From: Eledone cirrhosa
Taxonomy: Eukaryota
Length of the DNA stretch: 64,000 bases
Direction of reading: 5' to 3'
Assembly: GCA_964016885.1 (NCBI GenBank)
Contig: OZ024741.1
Span: 407,216,001-407,280,000, forward strand
The notes under the pieces: generated by a model
Seen by the model: only the letters and a program-made list of their open reading frames with translations
Databases searched by the model: none
What the model was told of the DNA's origin: nothing
Program-made: the position numbers and the translations under genes
Part shown: one piece after another, positions 28,598 to 41,742 of the stretch
How positions within the stretch are numbered: the first letter of the stretch is position 1
Layout: each line of letters starts with the position of its first letter

Positions 28598-29958
28598 GAT
28601 ATCTATATATGGAAATATATTCACGGTTAAAACTCCATCACAAATCTTCAATATCAGAGAATGATCCAATTCTGATCAATTATTGTCTAAAAATCTCAAT
28701 AAAGACTCGGTTCAATGTATTGGTCATATATCCTGGGCGGTGATAATGACAAAAGACGTTGAGTTGTGAGATTGGTAGAGCGTCAGACATCATATATTAC
28801 GACATTTGTTTCAGTATGTAGCTTCCTTGCAACTCAAATCTCTTTTTCATCCTTTCATGTTTGATAAAATCAATGACCGGCCTAGGTTATTGGTATAGCT
28901 CTAACAACAATATTTTCGGTATTATATGTAAATATATATATATGGAAATAATATTCAATTTCAAATTATTCATTATACGTTCCTCTCCACTGTTACAACC
29001 CCGACTGCAAAGCTGTCCGAGAGTGACCCTAGACCACCTTTCTATTAAACACCATCGGCATGGTGTTGGCTATCTGCAGGTGTGAGCTTCACAAACTGAT
29101 ATGGCTCTTCCAACGCGTCTCCATCACCATCCTCCGTGGAAAAACCTCTAATCTATCCACCGGGACCATTGTAGATAATAAGTTTATTATAACTATTTTA
29201 TAAAAATAACATTTTTAAAAAGATTACCTTATATACTCAAATATAACTCTCTCTCCCCCTCCATTTTATGTCTGAGAAATAATCAAAAATCCCAAACCCG
29301 TTCTCTATTATGTCCGTCGGGGCCGTGATATGGCCAGCGCGTGGGCCACCATTTGCTCATAATAGTGAGGGCTAGAGAGAGACGAAGGCAGTGATTAGGC
29401 CATCATTACTTAAGTAATTTGCAAAGTTTGAAGCTATTGTCACACTAAATCAGTGAACATTTAAGTTTCTGTTAAAATTAAATATTTCTTATCAGTCAGA
29501 TTCACTAATCCTTTGTTTTAACTAACATTACCAGACTAGATGACAATTAAATGTTATACAGCAGACATAACTATAGAATTTAGTTTTTAGTTTTATTTCA
29601 TCATTTTCTTCTTATTTTTTGCACCACCGACTGATCTAATTGCTTACTGAGTTCATTATGGCTGCAATTATCTAATCCCGTAATAATTGGAGATTATTGG
29701 ACATACTTCACAATTTGGTGATTAGCCAAAATTGTTAAAGTATTATTAGATTAATTTAGAATGTCCTGCTTTCTAAACGTCATGCCTGCCACAACCCACT
29801 TCCCGTTTCAAAATGAGGGCATCCTCACAGCAATCAGCTGTTCACCTAAGCTGTGGCTTAATCATTGCAAAATCACCGTTGGCTCACCCTTAAAATGGAA
29901 ACCATATAATTAATTTTGATGCTCTGCTCATCTCTCTCCCTCGCGACTCTCCGTCTCT

Positions 29959-30015
<57 letters not shown>

Positions 30016-32139
30016 CACACATAATCCAGGAAAATGCCAAAGCTGTTTCATTATTTTAACGACAATATTTAAATATCTCTTCCAACAAAGTCTATCGTCT
30101 GATTAGTTTTGGAAAGAAAGAAACAAAACATTTGTTTAACACTTAATCCATTAATTCTAAATGATGCAGCTACAAAGATAGATTAGTGATAATAACAATA
30201 ATCTTGATTTAGTCAATGTCATTTCACTTCTTATTCAGTTCAGTTTCTATATAATATATGTTCTTGTTAAGTCTGACTGGTGTCTGGTCGGAAACCAATG
30301 TATAAATAGGGAAAGGGAAGAGAAAGTCGGAGAAAATGGTTTGCGATATTTACTTATGAATTTCAATGTTCTGAATTCAAATCCTACAGAGTCCAACTTT
30401 TCATTTTCCCGGGGTTGATATAAAAAGCAACAGTTGAATGCACGGGTCGATCTAATCAACTTCTCCTTCTCCACAACAATTGTTGGTCTTGTATCAATAT
30501 GAGAAATATTTAGTGCAACTTGAATAAAGAGACTTATTCAATGTCTTAATAGCAATGAAACATTTCTAACTGTTCAGTAGCTGTGACTTCGGCTAAATTT
30601 ACGAGAGTTACCTTGCTATCAAGATAGGAAATAATTGTAAATTTGATTAATATCATCTTAGTTCACTTATTGTTAGTATATGTCACTAACCACATTGAAA
30701 AACAACCTCATAATAGTCTAATTTCTTTATTGTGAACTTTAGCTTTAATCTATGTGATATAGCATAAGTCGACATAGTAAAGCGATGCAGTAATATTATT
30801 ACAATTTATGATTTGGGAAATGATTTAGTCACTAAAATTAAATGTTTAATCTGACACCTATTTTATAGCTATTGTTCTGTTCTTTCCTTGGTTCAGTTAA
30901 ACGGGAGTTATATTGGGAAATATTAACTCTATGCTATTCATTAACCGGTTTTAACAGTTCGTCTCAAATGAATATATTCACCGATGTTTTGTAATTGCTT
31001 ATTTCTCAAATTAATGAACATGATCATTCTAGAATATTAATTAATCATGTATTAATAAACTCTCCTTAACGAACATTCCTATAACTCAGTCAATACACGT
31101 ATTCGCAGTGTCACGGCTCACTTGATACTACTTTCATTCGATATAACACTCGGCACACTTTCTAAGCTTTGATCAGATACACAGAGTAATAAACGAGCAA
31201 ATTTCCTAATTTCCTTTTTGTATTGAAAGAATTTTCTGTTCTGAGAAAAAAAATCAATGTTAGATTAAGTATGCGGTTCATGATTGTTATGCAACCGGCT
31301 TTCAATGAATACAGACATGTCAGCTACATTTTTCACACACGATGTTGAAATATCTAGGTTGTATATATTGCAGCAGTCTGAATTGTAACATAAATAGTCA
31401 GGTAATAATAGCTTTTTTAATATTAAACGGCTGCTATGAAACAAGTGGAGGCTTAGTGGTTAGAGAAGTAGATTCTAAATCGTGAGTTTGCGAGTTTGAT
31501 TCCAGGACTGGGCAATGTGTTATGTCCTTGAGCAAGAAACTTTATTTCACGTTTCTCTTTTCTTCCAGTAGATATACGGGTAGCTAATATCAGCAATGGA
31601 AAGAACAGTAGAAACTTATTTGACGAGGTCCTCCAACTCGGTAAGAGAATGAGGTGTAGGGTTTAATCGATCGATTCAATAAACAACAATAATTTACTAA
31701 TGCATAAGATGTTTCAAGACTATGAGGTTTCGAAATCATACCCTCCTCCTTTTAATCAATCACCACTATCGATATAAGAATGAGGTGATTATTGTTTTAA
31801 ATAACGATATAATTAGTTCAACTATGATTTCTATTATTTTCTTCAGCCAACATAAACGACATAACATTAGAAGATAATGAAACACTAATTATACAATGTT
31901 ACCACTTAAAAGAGTCAGCTGTATAGAAAGTACTTAGGTAGACTGTTAAGTGTTTCAACTATAGATAATTGTCACAACTATTGACACATTGCACTTTCTT
32001 TGACAAGGCACTCACCATCAATCTTATCTCCTCACAATACAGCTATCATCTATTGAACAATGATGATATTTTTGTTTATAATTCAATAGTAAATATCTAT
32101 GACTCATGAGAGATTATAAACTATTCAAACAAATAATAA

Positions 32140-32347
32140 CCCTTTAGCATTTACATTACTCTATATTTACTATTAGGTTTTCACAGTAAAGGCTTTATCT
32201 CACATAACATTGAATCTATGAGATTTTGATATTATTTATTTTGAGAACAATACCTTAACATAAGTATGAGAAGCCAATTACAGACAGTTTGAACAGAAAG
32301 TGGCGAGAGAACTCTGGCCGGATACGGCCGGTTTAAATGCTAAAGAG
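32140..32347. mobile_element. piggyBac-like MITE
   Basis: TIRs ccctttagcattta / taaatgctaaagag (13/14), flanked by (A)TAA and TTAA. The subterminal ggccgg motif is shared with the 6.4-kb element. Confidence 0.7.
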
Positions 32348-33186
32348 TTAAATAGATGCTATAGGTTTGAAAGAGGCTAAACTCTCATTCGGAATATTAA
32401 CCAAAACCGCTAGCAGGGTGTTCGTTATTTTCGCGATGGATTGATAATCAATTTCTAAAACATCTAGGTCTTCAGTAAATGTTTGAACCATGGACAAGAT
32501 CCCAGGCCTCATTCGCTTAGTGTATATGGCGGAGCTCGTTAAATCAACCCAATGGAAACACTGCTCCCATTGGTCTTTCCAATTACTGATACTATCTACC
32601 AGTCACAACTCCTGGCAGAAGGAGCAACGTGAAATAAAGAGTCTTGCTCAAGAACATAACGCATCCCCCAGTCCGGTAATCTAACTCGCAATTTCACGAT
32701 TACGAATTCAATTACGTAACCTCAAAACCATACACCTTCACATATGGACCATACATGTCGCCAAATAGCATAGTTCTCAGGGTAATTCTATTAGAACTTC
32801 CTTCCAGATAATTCTCTGTTTTCCATACTATTTCATTATGTTCTGAGAAGGAGAATATTATTCTCACTGAGAAGTTGTCTGACAAAGACCTTCCGTAGTC
32901 ATTCATCCTAACCTCTATTAATGCCAGAATGATTTATATTATTAAGTCGTTTAGAGAGATAAATACCATTTTACTAACAGATTGAAAAACACAAAATAAA
33001 TACAAATACGAAATCTCATTAAAGAATTAACTGCAGACAAATCATGTTATGTACGGATGTGTTTCACAAGATACTGTACTTGCTAGTCAAATTCCATGTT
33101 CAGCCACCCTAAATATCTGATCAAATGCAAGCGGAGTATTCTTAATGACTAACTATTTTTAACCATTTCAATTAAACAAGCTAATA

Positions 33187-33345
33187 GGCGCAGACATGGT
33201 TGTGTGGTTAAAGAGCTCGCTTCGTAACCACATTGTCTCAGGTTCAATCTCACTATACGACACCTGGGGCACGTGTTTTCTACTATAACTTCGGCTTAAG
33301 CAATGTCTTATGAGTGAAATATATTAGACGGAAAGTGAACTGAAA
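33187..33345 (+). mobile_element. SINE family C (tRNA-derived, ends in (TA)n)
   Basis: ggcgcagacatggttgtgtggttaaag...ggttcaatct...ttctactata...agacggaaa. A related fragment lies at ~2300-2410. Confidence 0.65.
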
Positions 33346-33384
<39 letters not shown>

Positions 33385-34021
33385 AAGGAATGTAACTTGG
33401 AGTTACTGTAGGTTTACCCGGGTGAGCACTCGATGTTTAGGTTCACTTCAGTGTCGAGGTGTAGAGCTACACAGTGTATTATAGTGAAATAAAATAACAA
33501 GGAGGATTGGTTACTCCTTCATTACGTTTATTGTTTGTGAGGCGCGTTTCGCCACTGATCAGCTCAAGGTTCGATCTGTATCGATCTAGCCCGACTCTGT
33601 AATCTGCGACTCATGGAGTAGGTGGGTGTACGACACATAACCTAGCGGTTTAACAAAAGCAGATCAATAAAATGTGGTCTACCCTTAACAGTAGTTACTG
33701 GGGTCGATGTAATCGACTGAATCTCAACATGGTGCCCCTTTTTCGCACCAGACAAATGGATGAAGATATTAAATGAATAAACGAATAATTCCTATCTCTT
33801 TGACATCGTTGACTGAGGTCATAAAATACAGGGGACCATGATTGCTTCTGATATCAATTAATCTCCATCTTGTCCGCCGCGAAACACGAGGTAAACAGAC
33901 CCTTAAATTCCATTTATAGGAAGGGTAGCATGTGGAATTAAATTACACGAATTTTAGTATTATGTAAAATACTGATTGAGATTCTTCCAGTACAACATAG
34001 CAATTCAATAAATAAGAGTTA

Positions 34022-34187
34022 TCGCAGAGGGTCGGACGCCATGCTTTGTAGCAAAGAGTTACGGCCCTTTATGGTATGAGTTTAAATCCCGCCGAGTTTA
34101 ACTTTTCCTTTCATCCTAACGAGGTCGATAAAATAAAGTACCAATAATGCACTGGGATAATTACTGGCCTTAGGCCAAAAGTAGAAA
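34022..34187 (+). mobile_element. SINE family A, short form with 16-bp TSD
   Basis: TSD caataaataagagtta at 34006-34021 and 34188-34203. Confidence 0.9.
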
Positions 34188-34412
34188 CAATAAATAAGAG
34201 TTAATTTATTGGAATATGAAATTCTGTAACGTATATTTTACTTTTTGCAAAACGAAACTTTCACAGTTTTACGATGTTTCAATATATATAATTGATAGCG
34301 ATGAAGTAGCTTTAAAAATATAATTGTTTCTACTTTTGGCACAAGGCCAGCAAACAGGAAAATATAGTGAACAGCATATATAATTCTGCACAAATTAAAT
34401 TAAATCTAAAAA

Positions 34413-34597
34413 ATGTTTCTACTTTTTGGCACAAGGCCAGCAATTTATCCCAGTGTATTACTGGTACTTTATTTTATCGACCCCGTGAGGATGAAAGGCG
34501 AAGTTAAGCTCGGCTGGATTTTAACTCAGTCCGTAAAGGGACGTAACTGTGCTACAAAGCATGGCGTCCGACCCTCTACCGATACTGCCAATCCACC
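34413..34597 (-). mobile_element. SINE family A, short form
   Basis: Reverse complement of the family consensus; an extra tail fragment lies at 34322-34352. Confidence 0.9.
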
Positions 34598-34933
34598 AAA
34601 AATAATAATAGTATATAATTCCAAACATTTATAATATATAAGCACTATATATATTTGGTTTTATATATGCGTAATATTTACTGAAAGCAGCAGTGTTGTA
34701 TTGTTTAGTTTCAAACAAAAAAAAAGATTTACTTTAATTTAATAATACTGCAGCAAACCAGTTAGATGATTAATCGTATTTATTATTCATCTCTAAATGT
34801 TTATATGGAATCATAAAAATAAAAATATGAGTGAATTACATATCCAATATGACAAAAGTTGGCTAACATATGAAAATGAATTCATGTTTTTTTTCAGAAA
34901 AAATTATACGGAGAGTATATATATATACTTGAA

Positions 34934-35147
34934 AAACTACAAATCACTGAACCTTCTGAACTAATATATATATTTATATATATATATTGAGAATTTAATT
35001 CATGTTTTATCAGATAAAATTAAAATTAAAGTATATATATATATATACTTTAATTTTAATTTTAATTTTATCTGATAAAACATGAATTAAATTCTCAATA
35101 TATATAAATATATATATTAGTTCAGAAGGTTCAGTGATTTGTAGTTT
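34934..35147. repeat. ~214-bp near-perfect palindrome centred on a (TA)n tract
   Basis: aaactacaaatcactgaaccttctgaactaa... mirrored by ...ttagttcagaaggttcagtgatttgtagttt. The arms differ only by a 4-nt (TA) indel and a 6-nt (TTTTAA) indel. Confidence 0.93.
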
Positions 35148-37042
35148 GCTGTCTGTAGTGTTGTGTCTCTGAAGAAGACTTATATTGCCCAACTAGTTCA
35201 GAAGTCGGTAGATTATTTAGTATAATTTCTAGGTCTAAACAGTTGAACTAGAATCAACTCGCTTTTGGTTGTCATCTATTTCTGTGTTTAGTTAGTCCTT
35301 CAAGACAGGTTACGTCTTATAGACCACTATCTGATTTTTTTACACGCCAGATTCAAAATATTGACAAAGACTCTAGGATTATTTAGTTTCAAAACAAATC
35401 ATCTTTATATTTTGTAAATATGATAAAATCGTAATTATATATAACCGAGAGACTATGATGTTTTACGGGGCAGCATATTCGGGTTCTGTTTTCACATATT
35501 CTATCTATAGAATGTCATCCTTATGGAAGTCATTATTCTATGTGCCTTATACAGAAAGTCACAGTCACATTGAACTCAGCACTATAAGTTAGAAATCTTC
35601 CACATTGATCAAGCTCTAAATTCATTTCATATACAATTAGATCCTCATTTTAATTTAAAATAACACACACATAGTCTGAAAAATAAATTAGTTTATATGG
35701 ATGAATTCTTAACTAAAAATAGATTTTTAATTCATATATGTTTTCGTTTCAAATATTTTATACCAAACTAGACATGCAGGATCATGATTGAAGATCGGGT
35801 TTCAATATGTACTTAAATAAATTATAATAGTACATTGTAAAGTAACCTGAAATACTAGCTTTACACTGAAAGTTAATTTAGTTTCTTCTTCATATATGTT
35901 ACTTTAGAATATTGACTCCTTAACAAACTCCTTAACGTTATCGTAATTTTCTTTTCATGATAATTAAAGCAGTGTATAACGAAAGGATCAAAATACAATT
36001 TAGAAACCATCTGATAACTTTTTACTCTTCAATTCAATGAGTCGGCAATGCTTTCTTGCAACAAAAAGAAAATAGAAACAGCAATTATATCGTAGAAGAT
36101 TCAATACAACCATTTATAAAACGCACGAAAGCTGTTCATTTTAAATTCCACACTTATATTCTGGTATAAATATTTTCATCGTCCTGATTGTGACATTGAT
36201 AACACAGTTCCACTTCAACTCAGAGAAGTTGGCAATCTTTGTGTGTTTTTCAAAGGTTGAAATGACTCTTCTATGATGTAATTACTTTAGTTTCAACACA
36301 CGGTCTCAGATCAAGATGAGAACATTTACTAAATTAAAAGAAATACTTAAAAACTAACACTGCTTCATTTAGATGATGGCGGTGATATTTTATTGCTTAG
36401 GTAGATAATAAAGGACATTCTGAGACCGTCGAGGCACGTGAGAAATAATGCATCGATCTTCAATTCTGATGCAAATAGTTTGTTTAGGTTGGACTCTGTT
36501 AAGACCACCAAAGAGACAGGTGTTAAGGTTAAGCCTGGTGAAGGAAACATGTTATCTGTTTATCGCAGTATTTAATTATTAAATGTAGCCTCCTTCTCCA
36601 CTGCAATGTAGCTGAATTGCGATAGATTCGTTGTAAATTGCTGCACATTAGGTATAAATTGTTACAGATTCAATATAAATTGCTATAGAATTGCTATAAT
36701 TTGGTATAGAATTGAGGTAAATGCATCAGGTAGTGAGAGGGGGAGAGAATTACTACAACAGCATTAAAAGATTTATATACTTTACTTCAAAACATTATGA
36801 CATTCATAAATAATGCAATTAGTAACTCACATCAACAGAAGGTGAAATAAGTGAGAGCGGGAGTCCAGGCATGTGCTTGTGTCAATTATTTTCCATCTGC
36901 TTCGATAATGTACCTCATTTTAACAATCATTATTTATAGTGAACACCTATTAGAATCCTCCTCTGCGTTGGGATGGATACATTTCAAATTTACAATACAC
37001 ACACACAAATATACATATAGAGATAGTTAGTTAGTTCTACAA

Positions 37043-37140
<98 letters not shown>

Positions 37141-37744
37141 GGCTGTGTGCACCTGTGTGTTTGTGTGGTATAAATTATCGGTATAGAATGATTTGAAAAT
37201 GGAAATAAAGTCTTACTTATCTTGAAATTCCTTTGAGAATTTTGATCGATAATCTTGAATCAGTTGCCCGCTTTGCAAATATATACCTATCAATATTAAT
37301 TACATAACAAATACTATACCATACTCTTGATACATATATGCCTCAATCTGTGTGTGTGTGTGTGTGTTTATGTGTATGTTGACTATTGTTAAAACAAATG
37401 GGGAGAAGTTAATCTTTATTCCATCTATCATTGGTATGATGTTAAATGGAATTTAAAAGTAAATATTGGAACTGATAGTTTAAAGATACTAGTCACTTAG
37501 ATTGTTTTGTAGTTGTCTAGTCTTATTAACAGAATATATTCTATAAAAACAAATTAGTTCACTAGCTCTGGCAGAATCGTTAATGTGATTGATAAAAAAG
37601 TATTGTACTATTTTGAGATGACCTTCTACTTTCTCGTCTCAAATCCCACCGAGGTCAGCTTCTTATCTTTCATCCTTACGAGGTAGATAAAGTATAATAA
37701 CAGTCAAGGTCTGGGGTTAATATAATTCGTCGCCTTGAATGTTA

Positions 37745-38168
37745 AATATACATGTACATTAATATACATGTACATTAATATACATGTACATTAATGTACA
37801 TGTACATTAATATACGTGTACATTAATATACATGTACATATATATCTACATGTAGATATATATATACATGTAGATAACTATACATGCACATAAATATGAT
37901 TTAAAAAATTATACATGTACATAAATATACATGTACATAAATATACGTGTACATTAAGATATATATATACATGCAAATAAATACATATGTACATAAATAT
38001 GATTTAAATAATTATACATGTACATAAATATACATGTACATAAATATACATATACATAAATATGATGTAAATAATTATACATGTACATAAATATGATGTA
38101 AAAAAATATACATGTAGATAAATATATATGTAGATAAATATACATGTAGATAAATATACATGTAGATA
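37745..38168. repeat. Degenerate 16-bp minisatellite (aatatacatgtacatt / aatatacatgtagata)
   Basis: Directly visible; ends ~45 bp upstream of the exon acceptor at 38212. Confidence 0.9.
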
Positions 38169-38212
38169 GTTGTTTCCTATGTCTGACAGTTTGTATCTTT
38201 ATTCTATTCCAG

Positions 38213-38399
38213 ATTGGAAGAAATGCGTTCATTCCATCAAGGTGACCAAGAACAAATAGCTAGACAAAACCAACAACTCGCCGATTTGGAAGGAGAAATT
38301 AGTATGTTGCGTAGGTCAATTGAATCTCTTGAGAAAGAGAAGATCAGACAATCTAGTATTCTGGCTAGGATGAATGACGAAATGGAAAAACTCAGAATG
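38213..38399 (+). CDS. NF70: Intermediate filament (neurofilament NF60/70/220-like) internal exon, coil 1b including the lamin-type extension
   Basis: Acceptor ttctattccAG ends at 38212; donor GTAAGT at 38400. 187 nt (1 nt + 62 codons): LEEMRSFHQGDQEQIARQNQQLADLEGEISMLRRSIESLEKEKIRQSSILARMNDEMEKLRM, heptad-rich. Splices in frame to the next exon. The symbol reflects recalled similarity to the squid neurofilament protein, not a search. Confidence 0.9.
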
Positions 38400-38783
38400 G
38401 TAAGTTATTTCTACAGCATTTATTAGCGATATCTAATATTTTCTACCTTTATATTTCATCCCTTGAACCTCCTTTACAGTAGTCTGCTTGAGAAAACACC
38501 TTCGTATTAGTGTTTGATATGTTATATTATTTACTCCTAATGTTCATGGAACCCTTTATTTGTTTTCTTTGCTCTCACTAATTTGATTTGAAAATAGTAC
38601 AAAGTGCTGCTATGAATATCTCTACAATGATTACTTAAAGCGAATTATTTTTCTATTAGATTTCCTATACATTTTCAAATATTTTGTGAAGATTTAAAGA
38701 AAGTTTTTAAAGGGTGGAGCGAGGAAACTATTTAAAAAAATATAATGTATCCCCTTATAGTTAGCTACGATGTTGGCGAAATA

Positions 38784-38950
38784 TGGTAGCTTACATGAAT
38801 TTAGAATGTGAAACCATTGGTGAAAGATGTAGCTTACATCAATTTAGAATGTGAAACCATTGGTGAAAGATGGTAGCTAACATGAATTCAGAATGTGAAG
38901 CCAATGGTGAAGGATGATAACTTACAGAAATCTAGAAAGTGAAAACCATC
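38784..38950. repeat. ~44-bp tandem repeat, ~4 copies
   Basis: ggtagcttacatgaatttagaatgtgaaaccattggtgaaagat repeated with divergence. Confidence 0.9.
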
Positions 38951-39224
38951 TGGTGATCATCTTTGCTACCATCTAACAATTTACAGGCGGCAATTGGATA
39001 ACAAATACAATTGTTTTCTGTCAAAGTATATTTCTGAGACAATCTAATCAGAAAATATTGTACTACTCAACTGTACTGAGTAGCACTTAGAGTGGTAGAT
39101 AGGCACAAACTTCAGTATTCTGTTCATCGCCGTCGTTGTCGTGTTCGCCACCACCATCATCATTATCATCATCCTCCTCATCATCATCATCCTATTATTA
39201 TAATCATTATGATTATTATTTAAG

Positions 39225-39460
39225 GACAGTAGATTGGCAGTATGGGTAGAGTATCGGACAACATGCTTTAATGCATAGAGTTACGGCCCTTTAGGTGCTG
39301 AGTTCAAATCCAGTCGAGCTTAGCTTTGGCTTTCATCCTTTCCGGGTCCATTTAATAGACTTTCCTTTCCACCCAAATTTGTAAGCCTAAATCAGAAGCT
39401 AATATGATTATTATTATTATTATAATCACCAGCCTTGTGCCTAAAGTTGAAACAATTATT
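39225..39460 (+). mobile_element. SINE family A, diverged
   Basis: A and B boxes and a partial core. Confidence 0.75.
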
Positions 39461-40607
39461 ATAATCCTCAGGCGTATGGCTTAATGATTTGAGCGTTGGG
39501 CTAGCATTCTTGAGGTTGTGAGTTGCCAGGTGACGGCTACCAAGCTGTATCGGCCATTGCCTTCCGTGTGGCGTGGAGAGGGGAGACTGGTATACATGGG
39601 AAATTGTGGGTCTTCCTCAAACACACCTTGCCCAGGCTTGTACCTCAGAGGGTAATTTTCGTGACCGAAGGAGGTCTATACACAATCATCATCATCATCA
39701 TCAACGTTATCCTTTAATTTTCTGAATGTTAACAGGAATCCACAAAAAAATGTATATCTGAAAACGTGCCAGTTATTCAATGTTTTCAATTTACATTTTT
39801 TCTGATTTAGAGTGATACAAGTTTAAATGTAAATATATTCTAATATATATACAAACATATAGTGTAAAAACAAAAATTGTATAGTATCAGATCTTGAAGT
39901 GTCTTTTCATATGAAAGTGTACGGTATTTTAAACAGGTGTTTCAAAAGAAATAAGTGATAAAATTCAATTTGTTTTATTAAAGAAATTAAATGCAACACT
40001 AAGCATAGTTGTCATAAATGTATCTGGATATTACATTTCGTTCGGCTGGTTTACTTAGAGTGAATAGAATCTAATAAATAATTATAACAACTGAAGAAAA
40101 ATAAGAAAACAAATGAAATGATGCTTTGTTTCAGATTAAGATTTAAATATTCATAGAGAAACAAGACTAGCATTAGTAACGTATGAGAAGTGAATCACTG
40201 CTGCATAGAACTTATTATGGAATGATATTGTATTCGGTAAATCTTCTCAAAGTGAATAAGATTAGAATTGTAAAGGACAGAAAGATGCGTTCATTAAGAG
40301 TACAAGCCCCTTTTCAACCAAAAATCCAACTTCCATTCCTGCCCTTTATTTAACCAGATTTTGTCTAAGTGTGTGTTTGTGTGTGTGTAGTGGGAGGGGC
40401 GGGGTTTACTCTACAGATTTTACCAGATGAAGAGAAATTGTTAAATAATATTCAAACAATTCAAGACATGTAATAATACAACGAAGTTGGCTGCCTACAG
40501 GTGTGAACCCGTGAGGTGAACTGCCTGTCCCGGTGGGTCTCCTTCTTTGTCCTCCGGGGAAATGTCTTCTCCATCCTCTTGGCTGGGAACACGTGGCGGA
40601 CGACATA

Positions 40608-41072
40608 TTATAATGAAAATTATTATTTACAGTGTTCAGATGCACTACAACTCATCAAAGGTGCATGTGTAGTACATAGAATAATGTACAAATGTCAGGA
40701 AATTGAACAGTGTATGAGTCATGATATATAAACACGCACACGTATATGTATATGGAGGTGGAATATCATTTGTATTGTTGGCGAATTTCAGGAAGTATAG
40801 AGGTTTTCAAGGACGCAGTGTCTCGACAGCTAATAACTGATGCAATGTCCCGACAGCTAACAACTCATGCAGGTAGTTTGTTCCGTGCTTCAGCAACTCT
40901 GAGCACGAAGAAATGTTTTCGAAAATCATTAGAGTTATACTGCTTTCTGATTTTGTAAGCATGTCCACACATAGAATTCAAAAAGATGCTCTGGGTTGTT
41001 GTTGGAAAGATGGTTAATATTCTTGTGGGTGTCTAGCAAGTCAGTTGCCAGACGTCGGAGCTTTAACGTATC
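40608..41072 (-). mobile_element. Second, shorter and more diverged copy of the same CR1-group LINE 3' end
   Basis: Aligns to ~43405-44190 (e.g. gcaggtagtttgttcc.tgcttcagcaactctgagc, caagtcagttgccagac). Confidence 0.85.
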
Positions 41073-41617
41073 TGTATTAAAGCAGATGACTCTAGCATGT
41101 GAAACTCTGAGGCCATATAGTCTATGTACAATATATTAAACTGTGAACGTTGCTGTTGCGTTTAGAATGTTTATATTTTCAATGTTAACGTGAATAGGCA
41201 TCGTTTGTTAAGGAAGTAAAATTCCAAACTGACTGAACAGCCATAACGTTTATAGAATGTAATCAAATGAATGCTACACATGCTATGCTGTATTTCCTTT
41301 ACAATTACAACAATCGAATGCAATTGTATGTGCAAAAGATATTTTCATTTTTACTTAAATGAAAGTTATTTTCTATTATAAAAGTAGCTTATATAACTAC
41401 AAAAGGTTCAGCACATGGATCTACTTGTAAAGACATTTTAACTCTGAAAGAAAAAGAAAATAAAATAAAATCAGAAAGTAGCTAGGAAGAAAAACATTCA
41501 TGCAGACGGGAATGCACTTTTAAACATCTAGTAGTTAAGTAAACGTATGTCTTTGTGTGTCTTCCCACTCCCTTCGCTCATCTCTTCCTCTCTCTGCCTG
41601 TTTATATATATTTATAA

Positions 41618-41742
<125 letters not shown>

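Noticed and set aside
32712-32906. ORF with a faint RT-like MLFGD motif
   Set aside because: Too degenerate to assign; other RT motifs are missing.
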